A stretch of 44,167 bases of DNA from Priapulus caudatus (taxonomy: Eukaryota): contig NW_014577061.1 in the NCBI RefSeq assembly GCF_000485595.1, positions 165,596-209,762 of the forward strand. The letters are read 5' to 3'. Shown in pieces: positions 1 to 12,806 of the stretch (positions are counted from its first letter, which is position 1; every line of letters starts with the position of its first letter). The notes beneath the pieces are model-generated. The model was not told where the DNA came from. It saw only the letters and a list, made by a program, of their open reading frames with translations, and searched no databases. A program made the position numbers and the translations under genes.

Positions 1-1103
1 ATATATAATTAATATTTATTAGTATTACATATTATTATATAACGCGACCTCATATAACACAAGCGCCTTAGTTCATGAACACATGGCGCCTTGCTCGCAT
101 CACATCTAGAGCCGGCATTGGGTGCAGTTACGCCCTAGTGCATGGTGTTGGCGAACTCCCTCACGGCACTGTTACGATGCATAATGCTTTTCACTGCTGA
201 TATGAGCATATATATATTATTATAGTATAAGAAAAATATAATTAGGGTGTTTCATTTTCATCAGCAAGAGCGTTTTTGAGAATAATATTTTCTCTCACAA
301 GGCGTATAAATATCGCGTGTGTGGGCGCGTGTGTGGGCGCGTATGAGTGGCGTGATATGTAACATAAATCCTCAACGATGTCAGTCTATAACAGAGTTCA
401 AGTAGTTCACGAAGATCATATCGTATTGTGAGTATATCGTGTTCGCGAAAATACGCTCTAAAGAGGATTAGATCCGCTTTGCTTTTCGAATAATAGTTCT
501 ATTTTCGGATCTTCCCGGAAAGCAGCCAGGACGATCGTGCAGTCATATCACACACAGTCAAGCGTGACAACGTCACGCCATAATCGTACCGCAGTGCTGA
601 TCGCCTGCACACCTTGGCACATTCGCCAGATAATCGCCAAGTTTAGAGCAAAACACTGCAGTTATTAGTATCGTAGTAAACCAGGGGCTCGTTTTCAGAA
701 ACAAAATTAACATTAGTATTAACTTTACGATGTTTCTGACAACGGCCCCCGGGTTCATATTGGTCAGTGTTGGGTCATGTCTGCGCCTTCTCCTGCTGTG
801 GATAAGGAGAGCGCATTCGCTGGAATATGGTGAACGTTACTCAGTTGTCTTAGCCGTGGTGGCTTGGAAAAAAAATTTCTTTGAAGTATATCTTCCACTT
901 TTAGTTCTAATCTTCCATTAGCCATTTCAATCGTGCATGCATCAACCATATTATCTGTCATATTGTCACCACAGACGCATAGAAAATTGCATTATCTCGA
1001 TCTTGATAGCTGAAACTTTTATATTAACTCGATCGTAATGATAAATACCTTTGAAGAATAGATACCAGCGATCGTCTACTATATCTGCTCGTTCGTGTTA
1101 CAG

Positions 1104-1280
1104 ACGTTTAAGGAGTACCAGGATGCGTATCAGAAGTACAAGTCGCATAAGGGCGCGAGCAACGAGTCGCAGTATCTGCAGCAGTACTACCACGCGCACA
1201 ACTCGTACGTCCTCCATCTGAGAGCTTCCAATGGCCTCATCGACTCATTCCACTACACAACACTTCCTCAACTGCTCGAC
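1104..1280 (+). CDS. F-BAR protein exon, intact but out-of-order copy (TFKEYQDAYQKYKSHKGASNESQYLQQYYHAHNSYVLHLRASNGLIDSFHYTTLPQLLD)
   Basis: Acceptor gtgttacag, donor GAC|gtgaga; 177 nt, phase 0-0. HN.YVL.L...N.....F...TLP.LLD matches the conserved F-BAR motif seen in Fer/Fes, FCHSD and srGAP-type proteins. Confidence 0.85.
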
Positions 1281-1310
1281 GTGAGATCTAAGTCCGGGTG
1301 TTCTTTTTCG

Positions 1311-1800
1311 CGCGCTTGCGTGCGTGCGTGCGTGCGTGCGTACGGGCGTGCGTGCGTGCGTGCGTGCGGGCGTGGGTAGGTTGGTTGCCCCGCGTCCGTG
1401 CGTGCATATGTGCGGGGCCGCGCGTGTGGGTGGGTCGGTGCCTTGTGTGCGTGCGCGCGCGCGTGCGTGCGTACAGGCGTGGGTGGGTCGGTGCCTTGCG
1501 TCTGTGCGTACGCGCGCGCGTGCGTGCGTACGGGCGTGGGTGGGTCGGTGCCTTGCGTGCGTGCGTGCGCGCGTGCGTGCGTACGGGCGTGGGTGGGTTG
1601 GTGCCTTGCGTCTGTGCGTGCGCGCGTGCGTGCGTACGGGCGTGGGTGGGTCGGTGCCTTGCGTGCGTGCGTGCGCGCGTGCGTGCGTACGGGCGTGGGT
1701 GGGTTGGTGCCTTGCGTCTGTGCGTGCGCGCGTGCGTGCGTACGGGCGTGGGTGGGTCGGTGCCTTGCGTCCGTGAGTGTGTGCGTGTGTGCGTGCGCGT
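1311..1800. repeat. GTGC-based minisatellite with ~50-55 bp higher-order unit
   Basis: Repeating GTGGGTGGGTYGGTGCCTTGCGT(GTGC)nGTACGGGC. Confidence 0.9.
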
Positions 1801-2260
1801 CTGTGTAGCGACGTTTAAATAACTGCGAGCTGATTTAGAACGGCACGCGCGCTGTCTGTAGAATCGATAAGTTGATCACATTAGTGTAAACGCGATCAGT
1901 ATAGATACTCGCAGTAGCTATTCTATCTCGCTGCACAATGAGCCTTTGATATTATAATACGTGAATAACGATGAGTAGTGATGATTATGATGGTAAGAAC
2001 GAGCACAGGGGGTGGGGACTAGGAGAATAAGGAGGAAGAGGAGACGAGGAAGAAGAAGAATACGAGGAGATGGCAGCCGCGGAGAATAAAGTGGCGGCTT
2101 TACAAGTCTGCATTCACTGCGATCACATAAAAGTCTAAAGAAAACCAACTGCATGCAGAAAAGTCACAATATATACTGCGGCACAGACGAATGCGTGATG
2201 CTGGGCCTTTCTTCCTTGAACGCTGTCATTAAAACACGCACTCGATAAAACCAACCGGTC

Positions 2261-2262
<2 letters not shown>

Positions 2263-2346
<84 letters not shown>
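2263..2346. repeat. (GT)n(TA)n microsatellite
   Basis: Direct reading. Confidence 0.95.
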
Positions 2347-2349
<3 letters not shown>

Positions 2350-2520
2350 AACTAGCGAGAGATGTCGCTTCGTTCATTGAAAAAATGGTTACCTGGCCAG
2401 GTTTTAGTGTTTGTGTAGAGTAATTGTCGCGTATTACCTCCGTGCTTGTAGCAAGGAGGTGGATTGCTGTCAAAAACACGAAAAAACACGATCACAGACA
2501 CGCGAACGCAAACGCACGCG
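2345..2520 (+). repeat. Direct duplicate of 5866-6033
   Basis: ACTAGCGAGAGATGTCGCTT...CACGCGAACGCAAACGCACGCG at both sites, each following a (TA)n tract. Confidence 0.9.
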
Positions 2521-3666
2521 ACCGCAGTTTTGATTATTATATAATTGAATATAATTATACCCATTTAGCGGGATATTTCATAAATACGTGTTGTGTTATT
2601 TAATAGGTTTCTGTCGGCAAAATATTGCTGTGTTTGTTGCACCTTCCGCGTTCAAGTGTTATCGCAGAATCTAGCATGCAATTAAATGTATAGGAAACCC
2701 TGACAGCATTTCGAACAAAAGAGATTCGGCATCGTGCAAAGACCGGGTTACATATAATCCACGAGCTCACGTTACTGTAATATTTATTATTTATAGTAAT
2801 GTGGGCTTTTGACACTTTTAACGTAATTTTTCACGAACGATGTTATTGTCTCTCGGGGATAGGATAACCGTCATACTCGTACTATAAATTTTAAGTTTTA
2901 ACGCGTATAGTACGGCTGAATAATGCGAAAAACCAGGAAAACAGAAAAACGTGATTAAACGCTTGTGAATCGTTTCTGCTTTTGAACGGCAACGCGTGCA
3001 TCCTGCCTCAAGATCCCCATCAAAGATACTCTTACAACTGCTTGAGAAAGTCCAATGGTACAGAGAAATATGTAGTTGGCTTTGTTTGCCACGCACTATC
3101 GTGTGAAATTATGTTCTTGGATGCATTTCGGCTGAAATCCTTCCCTCTGATCCACTAATGATTTAAAACGAGGCGATTCAAAATTATCCGAGCTACAAGC
3201 GCGCATGTGTTTGCCGATCCGCTGCAGTTATCGCCTATTAGCCTCTCTATGGGGAACAGCTCATAAAAAGGGGGAAACCACTAAAATGAGGCAAACTGCG
3301 TTAAGCGTGTGTGAGTAGTGTTTTAGCGCGATCAGCTTGTCTTGCTCGTATAGAGCCGCATGACGGTGAGACACTTGCATTATTAATCGCGTGTGCGAAT
3401 GCTCATCTTCTTATTGAGCATATCGCTGCACTTGCAATAGAACGAGCTTTTAGTTCGTTTGTAGCCCAGCCAGCAGGCCGCGAGACTAAATGTCAATACA
3501 CAAAAGACGAGGGTTTTCGATGTATGACTAAAGCTTGTCGGAGCTAGACTGATTAATGATGCAGTAAACACACGGCCCTATAATCGCGACTTCTTGTAGC
3601 GCATAAACTACAAGATGTTTGCAGCGTACATCCTTCGTGTCGCAAAGCAAATTGCCATGTTGAAGC

Positions 3667-3737
3667 TAGCTCTAGTACTATAGCCCTTGTTGCCATGGGT
3701 TATAGCCCCGGGTTATAGAGCTGTAGTACTAGAGCTG
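3667..3737. mobile_element. 71-bp inverted-repeat element/footprint with 9-bp flanking direct repeat
   Basis: Arms TAGCTCTAGTACTATAGC / GCTGTAGTACTAGAGCTG; TGTTGAAGC at 3658-3666 and 3738-3746. Confidence 0.7.
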
Positions 3738-3861
3738 TGTTGAAGCATGCCTGTGTTGGCTTCTCGATCGCGCTGCAATTCAGGGGCGCACAGTTTTCAT
3801 TCGTCATTGCGACATTCGTCTTCTATTACGCAATCAAACGCATTTGAATCTTCTTCTTCAG

Positions 3862-3931
3862 ACCGGACTATCCTTGCAACCTCTGGAATGTGTGGGAAAC
3901 GTGGATGAAAGATATTGAGCTGGATGCACAG
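3862..3931 (+). CDS. F-BAR domain protein, internal coding exon (PDYPCNLWNVWETWMKDIELDAQ)
   Basis: Acceptor ttcttcttcag, donor CAG|gttagt; 70 nt (1+69), open frame. The W..W/acidic pattern fits F-BAR helix 2. Upstream exons lie outside the window. Confidence 0.8.
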
Positions 3932-4182
3932 GTTAGTAGAAGCGTGTTTTTAGCCATGTGTATATTGCCTGATGCCCGATAATAAAAAATAATCAGTTAA
4001 TCATATCAAAATAATAATGGCTATAAGAGCTAAGATATATAATATAAGATATATGGATTAAGATATAGGAGCTATATTAATGGACTGTTAAGCGGGAAGT
4101 GAATCACAGCGGCGATCGTAGATTATATGCCGGCCATACATCCCGACATCAAGATTCACACATCAAGTCATCAGAAATGCGC

Positions 4183-5245
4183 CACAATACACACAATACA
4201 CGGCTAACAAATGTATAAACACAGTACACAATACACGGTCAACAAAATTATAAACACAATACACAATACACGGCTAACAAATATATAAACACAGTACACA
4301 ATACACGGCCAACAAATATATAAACACAGTACACAATACACGGCCAACAAAATTATAAACACAATACACAATACACGGCTAACAAATGTATAAACACAGT
4401 AAACACTACACGGCCAACAAAATTATAAACACAATACACAATACACGGCTAACAAATGTATAAACACAGTACACAATACACGGCCAACAAAATTATAAAC
4501 ACAATACACAATACACGGCTAACAAATGTATAAACACAGTACACAATACACGGCCAACAAATGTATAAACACAGTAAACACTACACGGTCAACAAATATA
4601 TAAACACAGTACACAATACACGGTCAACAAAATTAGAAACACAATACACAATACACGGCTAACAAATATATAAACACAGTACACAATACACGGCCAACAA
4701 ATATATAAACACAGTACACAATACACGGTCAACAAAATTATAAACACAATACACAATACACGGCTAACAAATATATAAACACAGTACACAATACACGGCC
4801 AACAAATATATAAACACAGTACACAATACACGGTCAACAAAATTATAAACACAATACACAATACACGGCTAACAAATGTATAAACACAGTACACAATACA
4901 CGGCCAACAAAATTATAAACACAATACACAATACACGACTAACAAATATATAAACACAGTACACAATACACGGCCAACAAAATTATAAACACAATACACA
5001 ATACACAGCTAACAAATATATAAACACAGTACACAATACACGGCCAACAAAATTATAAACACAATACACAATACACGGCTAACAAATATATAAACACAGT
5101 ACACAATACACGGCCAACAAAATTATAAACACAATACACAATACACGGCTAACAAATGTATAAACACAGTACACAATACACGGCCAACAAAATTATAAAC
5201 ACAATACACAATACACGGCTAACAAATGTATAAACACAGTATACA
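4183..5245. repeat. 35-bp minisatellite, about 30 copies
   Basis: Unit ACACAATACACGGCYAACAAAWDTATAAACACART, with alternating variants. Confidence 0.95.
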
Positions 5246-5829
5246 GCAAACGTGACATATAAACGTGATTTTGGGGGCAATGCACTAACGATGCCATGGG
5301 AATGCATCAACTAAACCTGAAAATGTAACGCGTAATAACAGAGATATATCTCATATATTCCATGATTCACTCACTGTACGTTAGCATGCCCCGCTAATGT
5401 GGGATATCACCTGAAACAACACAGGCATAAACTATTTCCGCATGATTTCAGCCATGTTATAGGCGAGAGACCTGGGTCAACATGAAAGGCAAAATATCCG
5501 GTCTCTCGCTGATCACGGCATATAGAGCGTGTGCGGGGTCCCAGCTGGTATCCAAACCCTGGGACGTGTTGGTACTAATAGGCAGAAATACGACTTCCAA
5601 TGCGAAATTTATAGGCTTATTGGAGTTTCAACACCTGATGGAATTATTATTTTATTAATTTTTATATTTTATTATTATATTATTGCTATATTTAAGATGA
5701 TAATGATGGCCCGGGGCGGGATAATGCATCCTCTTGTATGTTTACTGAAATACCCAAAGTGCAAAGTAGTAACGAGGAATGGCGGAGGACACGCCGCAAA
5801 CACTATAGACGAAAGCAATATTTTTAAAC

Positions 5830-5860
<31 letters not shown>

Positions 5861-6249
5861 TATATATTGTAAACTAGCGAGAGATGTCGCTTGTTCATTG
5901 AAAAAATGGTTACCTTGGCCAGGTTTTAGTGTTTGTGGTAGAGTAATTGTCGCGTATTACCTCCGTGCTTGTAGCAAGGAGGTGGATTGCTGTCAAAAAC
6001 ACGATCACAGACACGCGAACGCAAACGCACGCGCACACGCACACGACACGCACGCACACGCCACGCACACGCACACGCACACGCACACGCACACGCACAC
6101 GCACACGCACACACGCATTGATTTTTTTATAACTATTCTTGCAGGCGGTAATACATAGTTTTAATATGCCTGCTGGCTGAAATATCGAAGTTAGAAGTTG
6201 CTTTGATGAAGCACCAGCTTGTAACCGAGCCCTACTATATTTTTTTCAG

Positions 6250-6403
6250 CTTAACTCGGACATGGGGCAGTCATCTATCCACGAACATTCACGATAGTCT
6301 AATGGAGAGAACGTCGCATCGACGAAACCAGGCGAAGAAGATTTTCCAGTACAGGGACACGTTGGAAAACGCGGTGTGCAAGAGCGAGGAAATACTGCTG
6401 AAG
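6250..6403 (+). CDS. F-BAR protein exon (LNSDMGSHLSTNIHDSLMERTSHRRNQAKKIFQYRDTLENAVCKSEEILLK), one apparent extra G
   Basis: Acceptor ttttttcag, donor AAG|gtatgt. It is 154 nt between two phase-0 junctions; removing one G from GGGG at 6264-6267 gives 51 clean codons. Confidence 0.8.
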
Positions 6404-6465
6404 GTATGTTGTTGCATATTTCAGCTGTTAGAGGGCGCTGGTGGGCGTCACTTGAATCTCTGCGA

Positions 6466-6469
<4 letters not shown>

Positions 6470-6531
<62 letters not shown>

Positions 6532-6542
6532 CTCGCGCGCGC

Positions 6543-6573
<31 letters not shown>

Positions 6574-6591
6574 CTTCCCCCTCTCTCTTCT

Positions 6592-6637
<46 letters not shown>

Positions 6638-6684
6638 GCACTTTCTCTCTCTCTCTCTTTTCTTCTGTCTCTCTTCTCGTCTCT

Positions 6685-6720
<36 letters not shown>

Positions 6721-6819
6721 CTCTCTCTATCACTCTCTTTCTCCCACTCTCCCTCTGCCCTCTCCTCTCTCTCTCTCATCTCTCTCTCTCTTTCTCGCTC
6801 TTCTCTCCCCTCTTCTCTC

Positions 6820-6889
<70 letters not shown>

Positions 6890-6905
6890 CTCACTCGCTT
6901 TCTCT
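6470..6905. repeat. Imperfect (CT)n microsatellite
   Basis: Direct reading. Confidence 0.95.
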
Positions 6906-7709
6906 CACTCAGATATTGCCGTTAAAATTCACCGCAACAGCGGTCAAGTTTTTTTCCTCCTGAGTGGCTTAGGTGTAAAGCAGAGTTTGATTGCTCTACA
7001 CACACCTCGATAGATTGGAAGGCCGACCGTGGTAACGTACGCGTCAAGCTAATTAAAAACGCCGCGAATGCATTGAAGGTCTTTCCTAGTAATATGCTGG
7101 GTTCAAGTCACTGCCAGAACACCTGTTCAAAAAATTTTTCTTTTTTGGGAAATATCATATCTCATGAGCCATTTTGTTCATATAATTTAGGGAGACATGA
7201 TATGTATTAGTCGTGAATCGATAGCAGCTTTCAATTTGTTTCTGCAGAATTGCAATGTCGATTTAAATGGCGCGATGAGATTGAATAATAAATAGCGAAA
7301 ACTTTTGAAACCGTATAATATTCCACAAATGCATTATCCCAAAACTTGACAGCAACCAAATGCAAATCCCAACATCCCAGTTGCCTCTTTGTACTATGAA
7401 TGACCTGTACACTTTACACTTATTGATAAACTTGATGCGTACAGGCACGTATTGTATGGCTATATAGTTAGTTCGATTTTCTGTCACGAATCATCTGTTA
7501 GATTTGCTTAACGCAATTCTTGTGGTGGAAAATTCTTTTAACGCGCTATAATGGTAATATGTGGCTATGTTACTGAGTCGGCTAACGTTTTGTCTAATGG
7601 CTAGTGATTATTGATTGAACTTGAACGAGATGCCGAGTTCAAATATCTTCACTAAGCAGTACTGCGTAGAATGTACTAAACCGGGCACAAATGGAATAAA
7701 GGCTCACAA

Positions 7710-7724
7710 TATATATAATATATA

Positions 7725-7758
<34 letters not shown>

Positions 7759-8030
7759 TCATTTATAATGTGGTTGTGGTGTAGTGTGTGTGTGTGTGCG
7801 TGCGTGGTTGCGTGCGTGCGTGCGTGTCGTGTGCGTGAGGCGTTCTGTTGTTTGTTGTCTGTTGTTTTGTCTGTCTCTCTTTGTGTGGTGTGTGTGTGCG
7901 GCGCTGCGCGTGGGGTGTGCGTGTGAGTTCGAGCGTGGATGTGCGTGTGCGTGTGCGTGTGCGTGTGCGTGTGCTGTGCGTGTGCGTGTCGTGTGCCGTG
8001 CGCGTTTGGCGCCGTTTCGTGCGTGTGAGT
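7710..8030. repeat. Degenerate (TA)n and (GT/GTGC)n tract
   Basis: Direct reading. Confidence 0.85.
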
Positions 8031-9824
8031 GTGGGCGCGTGTGTGGGCGCGTATGAGTGGCGTGTATATGTACATAAATCCTCAACGAATGTCAGTCTAT
8101 AACAGAGTTCAAGTAGGTTCACGAGATCATATCGTATAGGTGAGTATATCGTGTTCGCGAAAATACGCTCTAAGAGGATTAGATCGCTTTGCTTTTCGAA
8201 TAATAGTTCTTATTTTCGGATCTTCCCGGAAAGCAGCCAGGACCATCGTGCAGTCATATCACACACAGTCAAGCGTGACAAGTCACGCCATAAATCGTAC
8301 GCAGTGCTGATCGCCTGCACAACCTTGGCACATTCGCCAGATAATCGCCAAGTTTAGAGCAAAACACTGCAGTTATTAGTATCGTAGAAACCAGGGCCCG
8401 TTTTCAGAAACAAATTAACATTAGTATTAACTTTACGATGTTTCTGACAACGGCCCCGGGGTATATTGGTCAGTGTTGGGTCATGTCTGCGCCTTCTCCT
8501 GCTGTTGGATAAGAAGAGCGCATCTCGCGGAATATGGTGAACGTTACTCAGTTGTCTTAGCGTGGTGGCTTGGAAAAAAAATTTCTTTGAAGTATATCTT
8601 CACTTTTAGTTCTAATCTTCCATTAGCCATTTCAATCGTGCATGCATCAACCAATATATCTGTCATATTGTCACCACAGACGCATAGAAAATTGCATTAT
8701 CTCGATTCTTGATAGCTAAACTTTATATTAACTCGATCGTAATGATAAATACCTTTGAAGAATAGATTTACCAGCGTGCGTCTACCTAATCTGCTCGTTC
8801 GTGTTACAGACGTTTAAGGAGTACCAGGATGCGTATCAAGAAGTACAGTCGCATAAGGGCGCGAGGCAACGAGTCGCCAGGATCTGCAGCAGTACTACCA
8901 CGCGAACAACTCATCGTCCTCCATTGAGAGCTTCCATGCCTCATCGACATCATGCCACTACACAACACTTTCCTCAACTGCTCGACGTGAGAATCTAAGT
9001 TCACCGGTGTTCTTTTCGCGCGCTTTGCGTGCGTGCGTGCTGTCGTGCGTACGGGCGTGCGTGGGCGTGCTCGTTTGCGTGCGGGCAGCGTGGGTAGGTT
9101 GGTTTGCCCGCGTCCGTGCGTGCATATGTGCGGGCCGCGCTGTGGGTGGGTCGGTGCCTTGTGTGGTGTCTAGCGCGCGCGTGCGTGCAGTACGCGTGGG
9201 GGGCTGGGCGTGCCCGCGACGTGTAGCGTGTGGTCGGTGCGCGTGCGTGCGATCTGCCGTGCTTGCTGTACGGCTGGGCGCTGCGCGTGCGTGGCGGTGC
9301 TCGTACGGGCATGGTGGCGCGGGCCTGCGTCCGGGCCGCGGAGTGGTCCGTCTGTGTAGCACGTTTAAATAACTGCGAGCTGATTTAGAACGGCACGCGC
9401 GCTGTCTGTAGAATCGATAAGTTGATCACATTAGTGTAAACGCGATCAGTATAGATACTCGCAGTGAGCTTATTCTATCTCGCTGCACAATGAGCCTTTT
9501 GATATTATAATACCGTGAATAACGATGGGTAGATGCATGATTATGATGATAAGAACGAGCACAGGGTGGGGACTAGGAGAATAAGGAGGAAGAGGAGACG
9601 AGGATAGAAGAAGAATACGAGGAGATGGCAGCCGCGGAGAATAAAAGTTGGGGCGGCTTTACAAGTCTGCATTCACTGCGATCACATAAAAGTCTAAAGA
9701 AAACCAACTGCATGCAAAAAAGTCACAATATATACTTGCGGCACAGACGAATGCGTGATGCTGCGGTATTTCTTCCTTGAACCGCTGTCATTAAAACACG
9801 CACTCGATAAAACCAACCGGTCGT
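8029..9824 (+). repeat. Direct duplicate (copy B) of 319-2262
   Basis: Same sequence as copy A; indel-rich, with a scrambled GTGC repeat. Confidence 0.95.
8810..8986 (+). CDS. Same F-BAR exon in its collinear position, with multiple small indels
   Basis: Same splice sites and sequence as 1104-1280, but frameshifted by several 1-2 nt indels. It lies between the exons it joins in frame (..EILLK / ELEEV..). Confidence 0.7.
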
Positions 9825-9838
9825 TGTGTGTTGTGTTG

Positions 9839-9869
<31 letters not shown>

Positions 9870-9892
9870 ATATATATATATTATATATATAT

Positions 9893-9944
<52 letters not shown>

Positions 9945-9984
9945 GAGAGAGAGAGAGACGACCGGTTGGTTTTATTGAGTGCGT
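9798..9984. repeat. 27-bp inverted repeat enclosing (TA)n(GA)n
   Basis: ACGCACTCGATAAAACCAACCGGTCGT (9798-9824) vs ACGACCGGTTGGTTTTATTGAGTGCGT (9958-9984), one mismatch. Confidence 0.85.
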
Positions 9985-9995
9985 AATATATATAT

Positions 9996-10030
<35 letters not shown>

Positions 10031-10281
10031 TATATAATATATAATATATATATATACACTGTATTTGATCTACGAATGATACTTGCGACGGAAAATGCGG
10101 GCTGGTGTCGAGGCTTTTACGGAAAATCCCATTAACCCATCGTCATTAGGGTTTTCGCGTAGAGACAGCGTCTAAATATGATCGCGATTGAAAGCGGCGG
10201 CGGTGGGGCGCGATGCTATATATTGTTTGCCGATGTGTTTCGAGCTATCCGTGATGGATTTTGCATTTTCATACTTTGCAG

Positions 10282-10362
10282 GAATTGGAAGAGGTGCACA
10301 CAGAGCTCAGCAATATCATCTCCAGTGCCATTGCCCAGCATAACTCGCTGCTATCTGTAAAA
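10282..10362 (+). CDS. F-BAR protein exon (ELEEVHTELSNIISSAIAQHNSLLSVK)
   Basis: Acceptor tactttgcag, donor AAA|gtaagt; 81 nt, phase 0-0; continues LPQLLD-ELEE. Confidence 0.88.
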
Positions 10363-10658
10363 GTAAGTGAGTTAAATAAGTGAAAGTAAAAGTGAAAAGT
10401 GAAAGTCAACGTAAAAAGTAAGTAAAGGTGAGTAAGTGGGATAGTGCTGCAATAGTCCAACCCAGTGCATCAGAATGCTGAAGACATCGACGTTCAAGTT
10501 AGAGGCAGCTGGTAATATGAGGCTAACATAAGCTTTTTTTTGTTTTGGTGAAGCGACTTATTTACACCTATTTACACCTACTATCTACTATACTTTACTA
10601 TTTACACCTATTTTAATTGGACATACACGGTCTGTAAACTCGCCGGGTAAACGATAGA

Positions 10659-12107
10659 TAGTAGTATTCGCCTAATTAATATATTATATACTGCCGCTGA
10701 CACCCCCTCCCCTTCCCCGGTTGTCTGCCTGCAGAAAAATCATTAAAGTTTACATATCATCTGATGGATTTACCAGCAAGCTCCTGGCAGCACACGATAT
10801 GCTCTGTAAAGTTTCTGTGAATTTTTAATGCCCATGGATGATCGAGTCGGAATGTGTGATAGAGTCCAAGTACGCACTTATATTATATGTATATTACAAT
10901 AGCATTAACACGTAAAATTGCCTGACATATTTGCGCTTTTAATGTTGATACAGACAATCCATCAATTCAGGCACATTGTTTCACTTGTGTTTATGAAGCA
11001 TCGTGTCAAGGTGACATTTGCGAAGCGACTTATTGATTACTGTGACATTCCATGGGTGTGAATAAATTGCAGCTCATCCTTTAATTACTGTAAAAATATA
11101 CATACACTAATACAGTGTTTATTACTCTCATGCAGCAGGGTAATACCAGTATATATACAAAATGCAAAGATATGTTCAAAAACTAAAATATTTACTTGAT
11201 TACTCTCGCGTAATTATCCTGACAAGCTATGGTAAAATTTTGCTTGAAAAAATATTTTCCACGTTCCCACATCCATGCAGAAGAGAGGATTCAGCGCTCC
11301 GCTCTGCACAATGAACTCTATATAATACATTGATTAAAAAAAATTAGTCGGTTATATTGCCTGCATGCATCACAGCTGGTTGGCAACTTGCCGATGATTT
11401 ATTTATTTCTACCTGGGACCGTTATTGTCAAGTTTACTCGTATCCCTTGCACTAAACTAAATTCGTAATGAACACCGATTCACTTCCGATTCAGAGACCA
11501 TAGTTTTACATTCTAATGGTAATTGTCGGGAATTTGTCGCGCCACGAAGCACAGTCCGAGAGCAAAATCATGTACTCTAGTTCGTATACGCCTCGGGCCG
11601 TTACGGCTAAGTGGCGTGATATTAGCGTTATTGCATGCGAGCCGCAAGTGCCGCGTGTTAAGAGTATCTTACCACGCACTATTAGTTGACTCACTTTCGT
11701 ATTAAGTTCTCTAATGAAGCGAACGATGAGCGAAATGTGAATGGCTTGGAAGCAGCCGGGAGTCAAACATTAATAGTTTAGAGTCCGGTGTCTGCTCGCC
11801 TCGACGGTCTAATGCTGCGTCTGTATGCGACCCGGCGGCAATTTCGAAGGAATTGTGGCGAGACGGAGAAGCAGGGATGCGATCACGTTGACTACGTATC
11901 GATCACGGTTGCGATGAATTTTTACGCATAGCTGTTACCAATTTTCGCCTCTAGATGGCACCACCGTGCAGCGCATATCAATCCTAGGAAGATATTTCGT
12001 TTGAGAATGCATCTTTTAAAATTATCTTTGGGTACCATAGAACCCTTGTGCAAAGTTTTATGCTTTCTTCAAGAAGTGAACGATTCTGGTGCTTAGCCGC
12101 TCTACTA
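10659..12107. mobile_element. Possible degenerate non-autonomous DNA transposon with TAGTAG...CTACTA termini (Academ-like)
   Basis: Left TAGTAGTATTCGCCTAA vs right reverse complement TAGTAGAGCGGCTAA. Weak subterminal similarity, no clear TSD, no coding remnant. Confidence 0.25.
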
Positions 12108-12399
12108 TATGTAGCATGTAAGGCAAGATCATTGAAATGATGTAATATGCAAATCAATACCCGGGATATAATGAAGATGTTTTGTGGGCGTCTTATTTCA
12201 TCCTAGTTCAGGTTTATGGGCTAGTAGGACATGTACAGATTGGCTTAAACCCATTCTAGACACCCACAGAGTAGGCATGCCTAGTATGGCTGTAATCGCT
12301 AGTTTTCGAAGCCACACACCATGCACGCACGCACGGGCGCGCGCACAAACACACATTAACGCAAACACACATTCACACACGCGCACGTACACATTCACA

Positions 12400-12806
12400 C
12401 AGTGGCCTAGTTAGAGGGGGTAAGGGGGCCATGCTCCCCCCTGTTAATCCAAAAGTAAAATAAAAAATAAAAAATAAAAAAATGAACAACATTGATCGAA
12501 TTGACAGTGCAACAGTACACACGACCGACCCTTACCCCCATGGCCTGGAAGTATTTTTACAGGAACCGTTTTGCATCTTTTTTTGAATCCGCCACTGAAC
12601 AGTTACATAACTTGAGAGCAGAGAACAACGAACAAAAATGTCGCCTTTTCGCATGGCGCCCAAAACAAAGATTGCAGAGCTGAGAGGTGGGGAGCGTAGG
12701 GTGTGGAGAGGGAGGCGGAGGAACCATTAAGATATTAAGTCATCCACTATTTTGCGCAGTTTGCTGTTTTTGACCCCCCTGTTAAAAAATCCTGGCTACG
12801 TCACTG
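12400..12806. mobile_element. hAT-like MITE (407 bp)
   Basis: Termini CAGTGGCCTAG / CTACGTCACTG; perfect 8-bp TSD CATTCACA at 12392-12399 and 12807-12814. Confidence 0.8.

Larger units (their letters stand above)
319..2262 (+). repeat. Direct duplicate (copy A) of 8029-9824, includes one exon
   Basis: Collinear near-identical sequence, differing mostly by 1-nt indels; both ends sit in microsatellites. Confidence 0.95.

Noticed and set aside
1298..1822. Long ORFs rich in VRAC/CVCV, LSLS/ERER, HTHT, YIYI (also 6203-6963, 7704-8122, 12752-13447, 23578-24291, 33931-34306, 43960-44167)
   Set aside because: They are translations of micro/minisatellites, open in several frames on both strands; only 6250-6403 within them is a real exon.
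7020..7125. tRNA/SINE-like segment with GGTTCAAGTC B-box
   Set aside because: No cloverleaf and no properly spaced A-box.
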